Shown here: positions 50,030 to 58,449 of the stretch, piece by piece
How positions within the stretch are numbered: the first letter of the stretch is position 1
Layout: every line of letters starts with the position of its first letter
Source: Phycisphaerales bacterium
Lineage (GTDB): Bacteria > Planctomycetota > Phycisphaerae > Phycisphaerales > UBA1924
DNA length: 64,000 nt
Assembly (NCBI GenBank): GCA_965227775.1
Contig: OZ245777.1
Location: 800,001-864,000, forward strand
Direction: 5' to 3'
Notes under the pieces: model-generated
What the model saw: the letters and a program-made list of their open reading frames with translations, nothing else
Database searches by the model: none
Told to the model about the DNA's origin: nothing
Program-made: the position numbers and the translations under genes

Positions 50030-50557
50030 ATGACACAATCCGCAGCGGTGTCGGCGACGCGATCGCCTCGCTTCTCGGACGCGCTCTCCAACGCGGGGAA
50101 TCCCACCGCGTCCTGGGTGCGATGGAAGCCCCGATGGATCCGCATGCCGCTGCGCGAGCAGTGGCTGAGCCCCGAGCTCAGGGCTCGCCGAGTGAACCTC
50201 TTCCTGCTCGCGATCGTGTTCCTCAGCCTGGCTGATCTTGCGATGACGCTCGACCACATGGTGGGGCCGGGCATGTACGAGAGCAACCCGCTGGCGCGGT
50301 ACATTCTGCAGTTCGGCACGCCCGCAACGCTGGCGATGTTCAAGTGCATGACGCTGCTGCTGGGCACGTGGCTGCTATGGCGCACGCGTCGCAGCCTGGC
50401 GAGCGAGATCGGCGCCATCCTGTGCATGGTCGTGCTGACGTGGCTCATGTTCCGCTGGAACCACTACAGCGCCGAGATGACCGCGCTCACGCCGCACCTG
50501 GCCGAGATCCAGATCTACCACAGCGACAGCTGGGTCGCGGTTACGTCCGACCCGTAA
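50030..50557 (+). CDS. DUF5658-like small membrane protein
   Basis: LSLADLAMT...YESNPLA...FK motif with 3 TM helices. Confidence 0.7.
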   Translation: MTQSAAVSATRSPRFSDALSNAGNPTASWVRWKPRWIRMPLREQWLSPELRARRVNLFLLAIVFLSLADLAMTLDHMVGPGMYESNPLARYILQFGTPATLAMFKCMTLLLGTWLLWRTRRSLASEIGAILCMVVLTWLMFRWNHYSAEMTALTPHLAEIQIYHSDSWVAVTSDP

Positions 50558-51557
50558 CCGCGCCGCGCGCCTCCAGGCACGCCATCCGCACCGCAACACC
50601 AAGGGACACCTGCCGCGTGATGATCGACCGTGGCGAACCCATGACGTCCGCGTCGATCTCCACACCCGGATTGGCCGGCCCAGGGTGCATGATGACCGCG
50701 CCCGCCTTGAGCACGCCAGTTCGCTCGGCCGTGAGCCCGAAATTCTGGCGATAGGCCGCGTCTGCCCCCGCAGCATCAAGATCGCTGCCTCCACGCTCGT
50801 GCTGGATGCGAAGGGCCATCACCGCGTCGGCTTCACGCAGCGCCCCCTCGAAGCTCTCGACGACCGTACCGCCTGCGGACGCCGCGACGTTTGCATCGAC
50901 GTCCGGACCGGCAACCAGCACGCGCGCACCGAGCGCCGCCATACAGGGCCCGCTCGAGCGTGCGACGCGCGACCGAGCGACATCGCCCACGATCAGCACC
51001 GTCAGCCCGTCGAGATCGAGCGAGTCCAGCCGCTTGTGCGCCTCGGCGAGCGCGAGCGTGTCGAGCAGGCCCTGCGTCGGGTGCTCGCCGTCACCCGCAC
51101 CAGCGTTCAGGATCGGCATGCGAACGGCCTGGGCCACTTCCAGCACGTCTTCGGTCTGGTTCGCCCGCACGACCAGCCGGCTGACGCCCATCGCCTCGAC
51201 CGTGCGCGCCGTGTCGGCCAGGGTCTCGCCCTTGCTGAGCGAGCTTCCACGATCGGTCAGTTCGATGATGCGCCCGCCGAGCCGGTGCACCGCCATCGCG
51301 AAGCTGAGCCGCGTGCGCGTCGAGTCTTCGAAGAACAGCAGCCCGATGACCTGGCCACGGAGCGTTTGCCCGACGTCGAACGGGTCCTCGTCGAGCGCCC
51401 AGATGTGTTGACGCGCGCGAGAGAGCAACCGACGCAGCACGTCGGGCCTCAGGTCTCGTAATCGGATGAGGTCCTTGCCGGGCATGACGCCCGACAGCGC
51501 GTGCGCGCCGATGATTCCCGATGCCGGCTCGCCCGAGCCGCTCGCGCGCACGCCCAT
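50541..51557 (-). CDS. pyrB: Aspartate carbamoyltransferase catalytic subunit
   Basis: FFEDSTRT, SKGETLADT, HPTQGLLD, LRIQHER and MHPGP. Confidence 0.95.
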   Translation of the reverse strand: MGVRASGSGEPASGIIGAHALSGVMPGKDLIRLRDLRPDVLRRLLSRARQHIWALDEDPFDVGQTLRGQVIGLLFFEDSTRTRLSFAMAVHRLGGRIIELTDRGSSLSKGETLADTARTVEAMGVSRLVVRANQTEDVLEVAQAVRMPILNAGAGDGEHPTQGLLDTLALAEAHKRLDSLDLDGLTVLIVGDVARSRVARSSGPCMAALGARVLVAGPDVDANVAASAGGTVVESFEGALREADAVMALRIQHERGGSDLDAAGADAAYRQNFGLTAERTGVLKAGAVIMHPGPANPGVEIDADVMGSPRSIITRQVSLGVAVRMACLEARGAVTGRT

Positions 51558-51565
51558 GGCCTTGC

Positions 51566-52324
51566 TCAGCCCTCGCCCGGCTCGTCGCTCGGGTCGGCAC
51601 TCGGGGCGTCACTTGGCTCGGCAGCGGGCTCTTCGGGCGCTTCAGCACCCTCAGACATGTCGGGCGACTCGTCCTCGCTCGGCGCCGGCGCCGAGGCCGG
51701 CACGCCGCTCGGGCGCACCTGCTCGATGGGGTTGAGCGAGGGCGTCTGGATCACTCCGGGCGTGAACCGCTCGACCCACGCCACGCGCCAGGGTCGGAAG
51801 CCGCCTTCGAGGCGCACCGAATAGCCCTGGTACGCCTCGTCGTTGGTTAGCTCGGCCCGGTCGAGCTCATCGACGCCGAAGATGGGGCGGAGGATGTCGA
51901 TGTACGCGGTGTCGGTGCGGATCTTCACGCCCGCGACGTGGTACACCGGCAGGTTCATCGAGCCCTCGCCCAGCGGCACTACCAGCCGATCGACACCGGG
52001 CTCGGCCTCGACGTCTCGCGCCACGCGGCGGTAGACCCCGGGGCTCACCTGGCCGCTGGGCAGGTTGATCGCGACGCGCTGGTTCTCGCTGCCACGGGGC
52101 GGATAGTCGGCGATCACGCGGGCCAGCGCCAGCATCATGGTCTGATTTACCGCCGCGCTATCGCGGGCAGGCACCCGGTCAGAAGGCTCGCTGGGCGGCC
52201 AGGTCTGCCAGCCCGCGCAGCCCGGCATGGCGGTAACCACGCCCAAGAGCAGCCCGACCAGCAGACCCCCCTTCGCCAACCCGCGCCGCGTCCTCGCTTG
52301 CCCGACTCGTGCTCGTCCTGCCAC
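51566..52324 (-). CDS. Hypothetical lipoprotein
   Basis: Lipobox-like MPGC after a hydrophobic stretch, and an acidic low-complexity tail. Confidence 0.7.
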   Translation of the reverse strand: MAGRARVGQARTRRGLAKGGLLVGLLLGVVTAMPGCAGWQTWPPSEPSDRVPARDSAAVNQTMMLALARVIADYPPRGSENQRVAINLPSGQVSPGVYRRVARDVEAEPGVDRLVVPLGEGSMNLPVYHVAGVKIRTDTAYIDILRPIFGVDELDRAELTNDEAYQGYSVRLEGGFRPWRVAWVERFTPGVIQTPSLNPIEQVRPSGVPASAPAPSEDESPDMSEGAEAPEEPAAEPSDAPSADPSDEPGEG

Positions 52325-52353
52325 GATGTCCTCCGTCCGCTAGGGCTATGACC

Positions 52354-53118
52354 ATGCATCTGGATGAGCCGGGTCAAAAACCCGAACTCGGTCCGTCCGT
52401 AGGCCGACACTCTATTCGCGCCAACCATCTGCGGGAGCCTCGATTGCCCACCTTCCCACACGCCACGCCACAGGTCGCAGCCACCGACGCCGCAAAGGGC
52501 CGGACCTTCGTGCTGGGCGTCTCTGGCGCCTCCGGAGCGTGGTACGCCCTTCGCGCCCTCGAGCAGCTCCTCCTGGCCGGCGGCATGGTGCACCTGGTGG
52601 TCAGCGAGTACGGCCGCCGCCTGCTGGGCGACGAGTCGGGCATCAAGAAGGTCGAGTTCGATGACCTGCTGCCCCACCTGAGCCAGCACGAGCTGGCCCA
52701 GGCGATGAAGGATCGCCTCATCTGCCATCCCAACAAGGACGTGGGCGCCGTCATCGCAAGCGGCAGCTTCCGCCACGACGGCATGGCCGTGCTGCCCTGC
52801 TCGAGCACCAGCCTGGGCGCCATCGCCACGAGCGCCGGCAGCAACCTGCTGACCCGGGCCGCGATGGTCACGCTCAAGGAGCGCCGCCCGCTGATCATTT
52901 GCCACCGCGAGACGCCGCTGAACCTCATCGACATCGAGAACATGCGCACGCTCGCGCTCGCGGGCGCGATCATCTGCCCGACGAACCCCGGCCTGTATCT
53001 GCTTCCCACCAGCATCGGCGAGATGATCGACTTCGTAGCCGGCAAGGTGCTGGATCTGCTGGAGGTCGAGCACGACCTCAAGACCCGGTGGGAAGACCAC
53101 CACGGCGCGCAGGGCTAG
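52354..53118 (+). CDS. ubiX: Flavin prenyltransferase UbiX
   Basis: GVSGASG, IASGS, PCSSTSL, RAAMVTLKERRPL and RETP. Start codon uncertain. Confidence 0.92.
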   Translation: MHLDEPGQKPELGPSVGRHSIRANHLREPRLPTFPHATPQVAATDAAKGRTFVLGVSGASGAWYALRALEQLLLAGGMVHLVVSEYGRRLLGDESGIKKVEFDDLLPHLSQHELAQAMKDRLICHPNKDVGAVIASGSFRHDGMAVLPCSSTSLGAIATSAGSNLLTRAAMVTLKERRPLIICHRETPLNLIDIENMRTLALAGAIICPTNPGLYLLPTSIGEMIDFVAGKVLDLLEVEHDLKTRWEDHHGAQG

Positions 53119-54369
53119 CTACTCCGGCAGCTCCGCATACTCAGCCTCGGCCACGTCCAGAACCGCGGGCGCGTACCAAGTCTTGCCATACGTGCTCTCG
53201 TCGGTTCGTGCGAGGATGCCGAGCTCTTCGAACAACGCGAGGTCCTTGCGCGCGGTCGGGTCGGTCACGTCCAACACCCGCGCGGCGCTCGCCGCCGTCA
53301 CGAGCGGCCACCCAAAGACGTGATCGAGCAGTCGCAGCAGCCGACCCGCGGCCGCGTGATCGCGCAGCTTCCCGGTAAACGTCCCGTGCGCCGAAACGAT
53401 GCGCTCTGCCAGGAGCCTCGTCGACACGGCCTCGTCCGCGATCGCCACGACGAAGAACCGCAACCACTCGACCCACGTGCCCTGTTCGCTGACTGCGCGC
53501 ATGCGATCGACGTACTCCTGTCGATGGCGCTGGAAGTACCCGCTGGGCGACACGATGGGCATGTCGAGCAACCCGAGCGCACACATCTGGTGAAGGATCA
53601 GCGCCCGACCGATGCGCCCGTTGCCATCGCGGAATGGGTGGATCGCCTCGAACTGATAGTGCGCCAGCGCGACCTGCGCGATCTCGGGAATCTCGCTCCA
53701 CTCGCCGTTGACGAACGCCTCCAGCGCCCCCATGCAGCGCGCCACTGTTTGGCCGTCCGAAGGGGGCACGAACCGCGCCCGATCGGGGCGCCCAGCAACG
53801 CCGATGTACACCGGCACGTCGCGAAGCTCTCCCGGTCGCAGTTCTTCGCCGCGCACGCCATCGAGCAGCTTCTCGTGCATCGCGCGCACGAGCGCCTCGC
53901 TGTAGGGCTCCATGCTCTCGATGCCGAACTGCACGGCGCGCACCGCGTTGAGCGCCTCGCGGCCCGGATTGGCCTTGCCCGCTTCCTCGCCGGCCAGCAC
54001 CATGTCGAGCGCGGTGGTGTCGATGCCCTCGATCTTCGAGCTGAGCCGGGCTTCACGCAGCCAGAGGGCCTGACGCAGAATCTCCGGGTTCGGCACCGCG
54101 TGCACCAGCCCGTTGACGCGCCCGAGGGCGGCATGAGCGCCAGCAAACTCGTCGAACAGCTCGCCCTTGACGGCTTTCCAATCGAGCTCCGGCGGCAGGT
54201 CGTCGGGCACGAACGCCCACGTTGCGACCTCCTGCCACTCGCCCGAGCCCGACGCCCCCACCGCCCGCTTGCGCATGGTCACCGGCGCGAGCGAGCCCGG
54301 GCTTACGTCCGAGAACCGTGCTTTCAGGTCCCACGGCGGATTGGAAGGGGATTTGGAATCTGGTTCCAT
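53119..54369 (-). CDS. Fic-family AMP transferase with N-terminal inhibitory helix and C-terminal wHTH-like region
   Basis: Canonical HPFRDGNGRIGR and the inhibitory motif SSKIEG. Confidence 0.92.
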   Translation of the reverse strand: MEPDSKSPSNPPWDLKARFSDVSPGSLAPVTMRKRAVGASGSGEWQEVATWAFVPDDLPPELDWKAVKGELFDEFAGAHAALGRVNGLVHAVPNPEILRQALWLREARLSSKIEGIDTTALDMVLAGEEAGKANPGREALNAVRAVQFGIESMEPYSEALVRAMHEKLLDGVRGEELRPGELRDVPVYIGVAGRPDRARFVPPSDGQTVARCMGALEAFVNGEWSEIPEIAQVALAHYQFEAIHPFRDGNGRIGRALILHQMCALGLLDMPIVSPSGYFQRHRQEYVDRMRAVSEQGTWVEWLRFFVVAIADEAVSTRLLAERIVSAHGTFTGKLRDHAAAGRLLRLLDHVFGWPLVTAASAARVLDVTDPTARKDLALFEELGILARTDESTYGKTWYAPAVLDVAEAEYAELPE

Positions 54370-54370
54370 G

Positions 54371-54405
54371 ATTTAAAGCAAACAGCCATTTGCTTTAAAT
54401 GTCAA
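54371..54405 (-). promoter_or_regulatory. Palindromic operator overlapping the fic promoter
   Basis: Perfect 12-bp inverted repeat ATTTAAAGCAAA-N6-TTTGCTTTAAAT, 1 nt from the ATG. TTGACA on the minus strand at 54400-54405. Confidence 0.7.
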
Positions 54406-54406
54406 C

Positions 54407-54437
54407 CCGCGATCCAAAAGAACTTTGGGTTTCGCGG
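54407..54437 (-). terminator. Hairpin downstream of dnaN
   Basis: Imperfect stem CCGCGA-TCCAAA...TTTGGG-TT-TCGCGG just after the dnaN stop. Confidence 0.45.
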
Positions 54438-54448
54438 CAGGCCCAGCC

Positions 54449-55615
54449 TCAGATCGTCACCGGCATCACCACGTATAGGAAGCCGTTCCCGCTCGTGCGG
54501 ATCAGCCCGGCGTGGCGGCCGTCCTTGAGCTCCATGGTCACCTCGGCGTCGTGCATCACGCGGAGGGCATCGGTGATGAAGCCGGGGTTGAAGCCGATCT
54601 CGACGTCGGCGCCGTCGTAGCCCTTGAGCTCGACGTTGACGCGGGCCTCGCCCATCTCCGGAGCGTGGCTCGAGAGCTCGAGTTGCTTGTGCTCGCCGCG
54701 GAATGCCAGGCGGACGCCCTTGCTCTCTTCGTTGGTCAGCAGGGCGGCGCGGCGAACGGCGCTGTGCAGCATGTCCTTGTCGAACGTTGCCTTCACGCTC
54801 TGGTCGCTGGGGATCGCCTCTTCGTACGGCGGGAACTGGCCGTCGACGAGCGAACTGCTGAGCACAGCCCGCGGTGCGTCGTCGTCGCCGCCACCGAGCG
54901 CGAAGAGCGCCTTCTGGTCGCCGATCGCGACGGTCACCGTCTCGTCCTCGCTGTCGACCAATCGCTGCAGCAGCGAGAGCGCCTTGGTCGGCACGATGCA
55001 CGACACGTCGGGGTCGTCCTTGTTAGCGCCGGGCACGGTGCCCTTGGCCATCGCCAGGCGGCGGCCGTCGGTTGCAACCATCTCGAGCGTCTTGCCCTTG
55101 CGGCGCACGAGCACGCCGTTGATGGCGTAGCGCGTCGTCTCTCGCGCGGTCGCAAAGAGCGTCATGCCGATCATGTCGCCCAGTGAATCGCTGGGGAAGT
55201 CGAATCGAGACTTGAGGCCCTCGGCCCCGAAGTCGCTGCGATCGGCCACGCGCGGCAGGTCGCCCGGCTCGTAGCCCAGCAGGGTGTAATTGGCGTCCTC
55301 GCCCTTGACGTGCAGCGTGCGGTCTTCGTTCTCGAGGGTCAGCGTGGGCTCGTGGTCTTCGGCGGCGACGATCTGCTTGAGCTTGTCGGCGGGCACGAGC
55401 GCCTCGCCGGGCTCCTGCACGTCGACGCGCGCGGTGCGCAGGCGCAGGCCGATCTCGCCGTCGGTGGCCGCCAGGGTCAGCTCGCCGGCGTCACCCTCAC
55501 GCGTGGCGGTCAGCTTGACGCAGGTAAGCTGCGGCTTGGGGGTCCGCGAGGCCGCCACCGACGACACCACGTTCACCGCGTCCAACAAGGCGCCACGATC
55601 GCACACCACTCGCAT
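54449..55615 (-). CDS. dnaN: DNA polymerase III beta sliding clamp
   Basis: ATDGE, RYAINGV, VATDGRRLA, GQFPPY, IGFNPGF and YVVMPV. Confidence 0.96.
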   Translation of the reverse strand: MRVVCDRGALLDAVNVVSSVAASRTPKPQLTCVKLTATREGDAGELTLAATDGEIGLRLRTARVDVQEPGEALVPADKLKQIVAAEDHEPTLTLENEDRTLHVKGEDANYTLLGYEPGDLPRVADRSDFGAEGLKSRFDFPSDSLGDMIGMTLFATARETTRYAINGVLVRRKGKTLEMVATDGRRLAMAKGTVPGANKDDPDVSCIVPTKALSLLQRLVDSEDETVTVAIGDQKALFALGGGDDDAPRAVLSSSLVDGQFPPYEEAIPSDQSVKATFDKDMLHSAVRRAALLTNEESKGVRLAFRGEHKQLELSSHAPEMGEARVNVELKGYDGADVEIGFNPGFITDALRVMHDAEVTMELKDGRHAGLIRTSGNGFLYVVMPVTI

Positions 55616-55761
55616 GGAAGCCCTCTCCTTGCAGCCCGCTTCCCGGGCCAAACGAAACGCGCCCCCTCGGTCAGGGGCTCCTTATAGACAGCCACTGTAG
55701 CACGCCCGCGAACCGCTCTACCATCGCCCATGACCCCGAGAACCACTGCTGGGCGGCCCTC

Positions 55762-56949
55762 GTGATCGGCCCCGGATGGGCCGGCGACCCGCAGCCCGCA
55801 CGCACCCACGCCCGGGCGGCCCGCACGCGCCGCGTGGCCGTGGTCACGGGCTCTCGGGCAGACTTTGGGCTGCTCAAGCCGGTGATGGCCGCCGTCGACG
55901 CCCACGCCGAGCTCGAGCTGCTCGTCATCGCCGCCGGCGCCCACCTCATCCCTCCGGCCGACAGCTTCCGCGACGTGAAGGCGGCGTTCCCCGTCGCCGA
56001 CAGCGTGCCGATGCAGAAGCCCGGGCGCACGACGCGGCCCGACGACGCCGAAGCGCTGGGCACCGGCATCAGCCGCCTGACGCGCAGCTTCCGAGCGCTC
56101 GAGCCGGACTGGGTCGTCGTGCTGGGCGATCGCATCGAGGCGTTCGCGGCTGCGAGCGCCGCGAGCGTCGGTGGATGGGCGCTGACGCACATGCACGGCG
56201 GAGACCGGGCCGAGGGCGTGGCCGACGAATCGATGCGCCACGCTATTAGCAAGCTCGCCAACCTGCACCTAGCCGCAACGAACGCCTCGGCCGAACGCCT
56301 CGTTCGCATGGGCGAGAAGCCCGAGCACGTACACGTCGTCGGATCGCCCGCCATCGATGATCTTGGGTCGATCGAGCCCATGCCAAGCGACGCCTTCGAC
56401 GAGCTTGGTGCGCCGCGCGCGATCGTGATGCTGCATCCAACCGGCCGCGCGATCGAAGCCGAAGAGCACGTCACCGCAACGCTGCTCGACGCGCTCGGCG
56501 CGTTGAGCATCACGCCGGTCGCCCTCGCGCCGAATCATGACCCGGGCCGAGCGGGCGTCCTGCGCACGCTGACCGATCGGCTCGGCCATCCCCAACCCCA
56601 CATGCGGCGCGAGAAGTTTGTGTCGCTGCTCAAGCGACTCGCGATGACCGGCGGCGTGCTTGTGGGCAACTCGTCGGCCGGGCTCATCGAGGCGCCCGCC
56701 CTGGGCTGCAGGGTTGTCGATATCGGACCGCGGCAGAACGGGCGCGAGCGCCCCTCGGGCGTGATGCACGCCGACGATCAGTCGCAGGCCGCGATCGAGC
56801 GCACCATCCTCGACGCGCTCGCGGCGCCGCCGCCGGACGCCGCCCAGCACCCATATGGCGATGGACGGACGGGCGAGCGGACGGCGGGCCTGCTGGCATC
56901 GGTAGATCCGAATAACCGCGGGCTGCTGGCCAAGCTCAACGCCTACTGA
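55762..56949 (+). CDS. neuC: UDP-N-acetylglucosamine 2-epimerase (hydrolysing, NeuC type)
   Basis: VTGSRADFGLL, LGDRIEAFA, HMHGGD, DESMRHAISKLA, GNSSAGLIEAP, RQNGRE and PYGDG. Confidence 0.88.
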   Translation: MIGPGWAGDPQPARTHARAARTRRVAVVTGSRADFGLLKPVMAAVDAHAELELLVIAAGAHLIPPADSFRDVKAAFPVADSVPMQKPGRTTRPDDAEALGTGISRLTRSFRALEPDWVVVLGDRIEAFAAASAASVGGWALTHMHGGDRAEGVADESMRHAISKLANLHLAATNASAERLVRMGEKPEHVHVVGSPAIDDLGSIEPMPSDAFDELGAPRAIVMLHPTGRAIEAEEHVTATLLDALGALSITPVALAPNHDPGRAGVLRTLTDRLGHPQPHMRREKFVSLLKRLAMTGGVLVGNSSAGLIEAPALGCRVVDIGPRQNGRERPSGVMHADDQSQAAIERTILDALAAPPPDAAQHPYGDGRTGERTAGLLASVDPNNRGLLAKLNAY

Positions 56950-57061
56950 GCCCACCGCCGGCTTTTTTTCGATCAGGATTCGCACGACCACGAAAGTCGC
57001 CCTCGAATCGCGCCGATCTCCCAGGGAGCCGCTTCAAGCAACCCCGGCAGGAGATCAGGCA

Positions 57062-57946
57062 ATGAGCATCGGCACGCAGGAACGTGAGCAGACCGTGACC
57101 ATGGCGATCCGCGAGATCAGCCACATCGCGACGCTCCCAGAAGTCACCCTCAAGATCGTCGAGCTCGTCGAGGATCCCTCTTCGACCGCGCAAGATCTTC
57201 ACAACGTCATCTCGAACGATCCGGCGCTCTCCAGCCGCATCCTCAAGGTCGTGAACTCCTCGTTCTACGGCCTGCCGGGCCAGATCGGCTCGATCAACCG
57301 CGCGATCGTCATGCTGGGGCTCAACGCGGTGAAGAACATCGCCATCGCCGCCAGCCTGGCCAAGCTCTTCCGCGGCGGCGACCTGAGCAACGGCTTCAGC
57401 GCCAAGGCCGTGTGGGAGCACGCCGTGGCCACCGGCGCCGTCACCAAGATGGTCGCCGACGCCGCCAAGGTCGGCATGGCCGACGAAGCGTTCCTGGCCG
57501 GCCTGATGCACAACATCGGCCTCATGGTCGAGATGCAGTTCGACCGCAACAAGCTCATTGAGGTCGTCCAGAGCCTCGGAGTCGGTGCCGACGGCGTGCC
57601 CGTCAACGACATGTGCGAGGTCGAGGCCGAGATCTTCGGAGCCGACCACCAGGACTTCGGCCGCGGCCTGTGCGAGAAGTGGAAGTTCCCCGCCAACTTC
57701 GCGATGGTCACCGGCTTCCACCACGACCCGCTGAAGGCCCCCGCCGACAACCGCCGCCTGCCCGCGATGGTCTACGTGGCCACCCGACTGGTGGGCGAGG
57801 TCGAGGGCCAGTTCCGTCTCGACCTGCCGAGCCTGAACATCGATCCGGCCGTCCTCGAGATCCTGGGCCTCAGCGAGGCCTCCCTCGCCAGCCTGCGTGA
57901 GCGGGCCGCCGAGGAGATCTCTGCCGCCGCCGGACTGCTCGGCTGA
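57062..57946 (+). CDS. HDOD domain signal-transduction protein
   Basis: DPALSSRILKVVNSSFYG, AGLMHNIG, DHQDFG, WKFP and FHH. Confidence 0.92.
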   Translation: MSIGTQEREQTVTMAIREISHIATLPEVTLKIVELVEDPSSTAQDLHNVISNDPALSSRILKVVNSSFYGLPGQIGSINRAIVMLGLNAVKNIAIAASLAKLFRGGDLSNGFSAKAVWEHAVATGAVTKMVADAAKVGMADEAFLAGLMHNIGLMVEMQFDRNKLIEVVQSLGVGADGVPVNDMCEVEAEIFGADHQDFGRGLCEKWKFPANFAMVTGFHHDPLKAPADNRRLPAMVYVATRLVGEVEGQFRLDLPSLNIDPAVLEILGLSEASLASLRERAAEEISAAAGLLG

Positions 57947-57995
57947 AGCTCTCGCGGAGCAAAGCCTCCGCATTAATACCCATAAGGTCTCCGCC

Positions 57996-58022
57996 ACGGG
58001 CTCTTCGGAGCCCGTTTTGTTT
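57996..58022 (+). terminator. Intrinsic terminator of the HDOD gene
   Basis: ACGGGCTC-TTCG-GAGCCCGT followed by TTTGTTT (UUCG tetraloop). Confidence 0.85.
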
Positions 58023-58119
58023 GCATTGAGTACGGAACGCCAAACGCGAAGGGGAATTTCAGTTCCGATTTCTTCGGAACACTGGCGATTTCCTGCCTAT
58101 TTTCCCGATTACAGCAACC

Positions 58120-58230
58120 GTGCAGGATAGCAGACGCGGGAATGTCCGGATGACCCGACACCCGCGTCCCAAACAAGCTCTCTCTTTCTCCCTCCGGGCG
58201 GTCGCACATACGTGTGCGGCCGCCTTTTTT
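58120..58230 (+). ncRNA. Candidate small RNA B (hairpin, AAACAAG, CU-rich linker, terminator)
   Basis: Hairpin GACGCGGG..TGTC..GACA-CCCGCGTC (58133-58168), linker CCAAACAAGCTCTCTCTTTCTCCCTCC, then terminator GGGCGGTCGCACA-TACG-TGTGCGGCCGCC-T6. It lies downstream of another terminator in a 500-bp gap. Confidence 0.6.
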
Positions 58231-58449
58231 CGCAGCCTGTTCGCGCCGCCCCGCCGCGGGCTCAACCACGCCTCGATGGCTCGGTACACTTAGGCGTCGG
58301 AGCCCTCCCCCGACGCCGCGGCAACTGCGGGGCACTGCGGCACGAACAACTGGGTGCCAGGAGCGGTCGACAGGAGTCGCCCGCGAACGGCACGGGGTGG
58401 ACGAACAGGCCCGATTCCAAGGGCCGGCGGTTGGGGAGGTTTCGGGGAC

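Noticed and set aside
55616..55761. Possible oriC upstream of dnaN
   Set aside because: Short and GC-rich, with no DnaA-box cluster or DUE and no dnaA nearby.
57954..57995. GCAAAGCCTCCG resembling part of a c-di-GMP-I riboswitch after the HDOD gene
   Set aside because: The upstream GGCAAACC...GAAA...GGGAC stem is missing. The sequence is explained by a simple GCGGAG/CTCCGC hairpin.
58081..58096. Canonical sigma54 promoter call for CTGGCGATTTCCTGC (and its counterpart at 10526-10541)
   Set aside because: GG-to-GC spacing is 9 nt rather than the required 10. Kept only as an unexplained shared motif.
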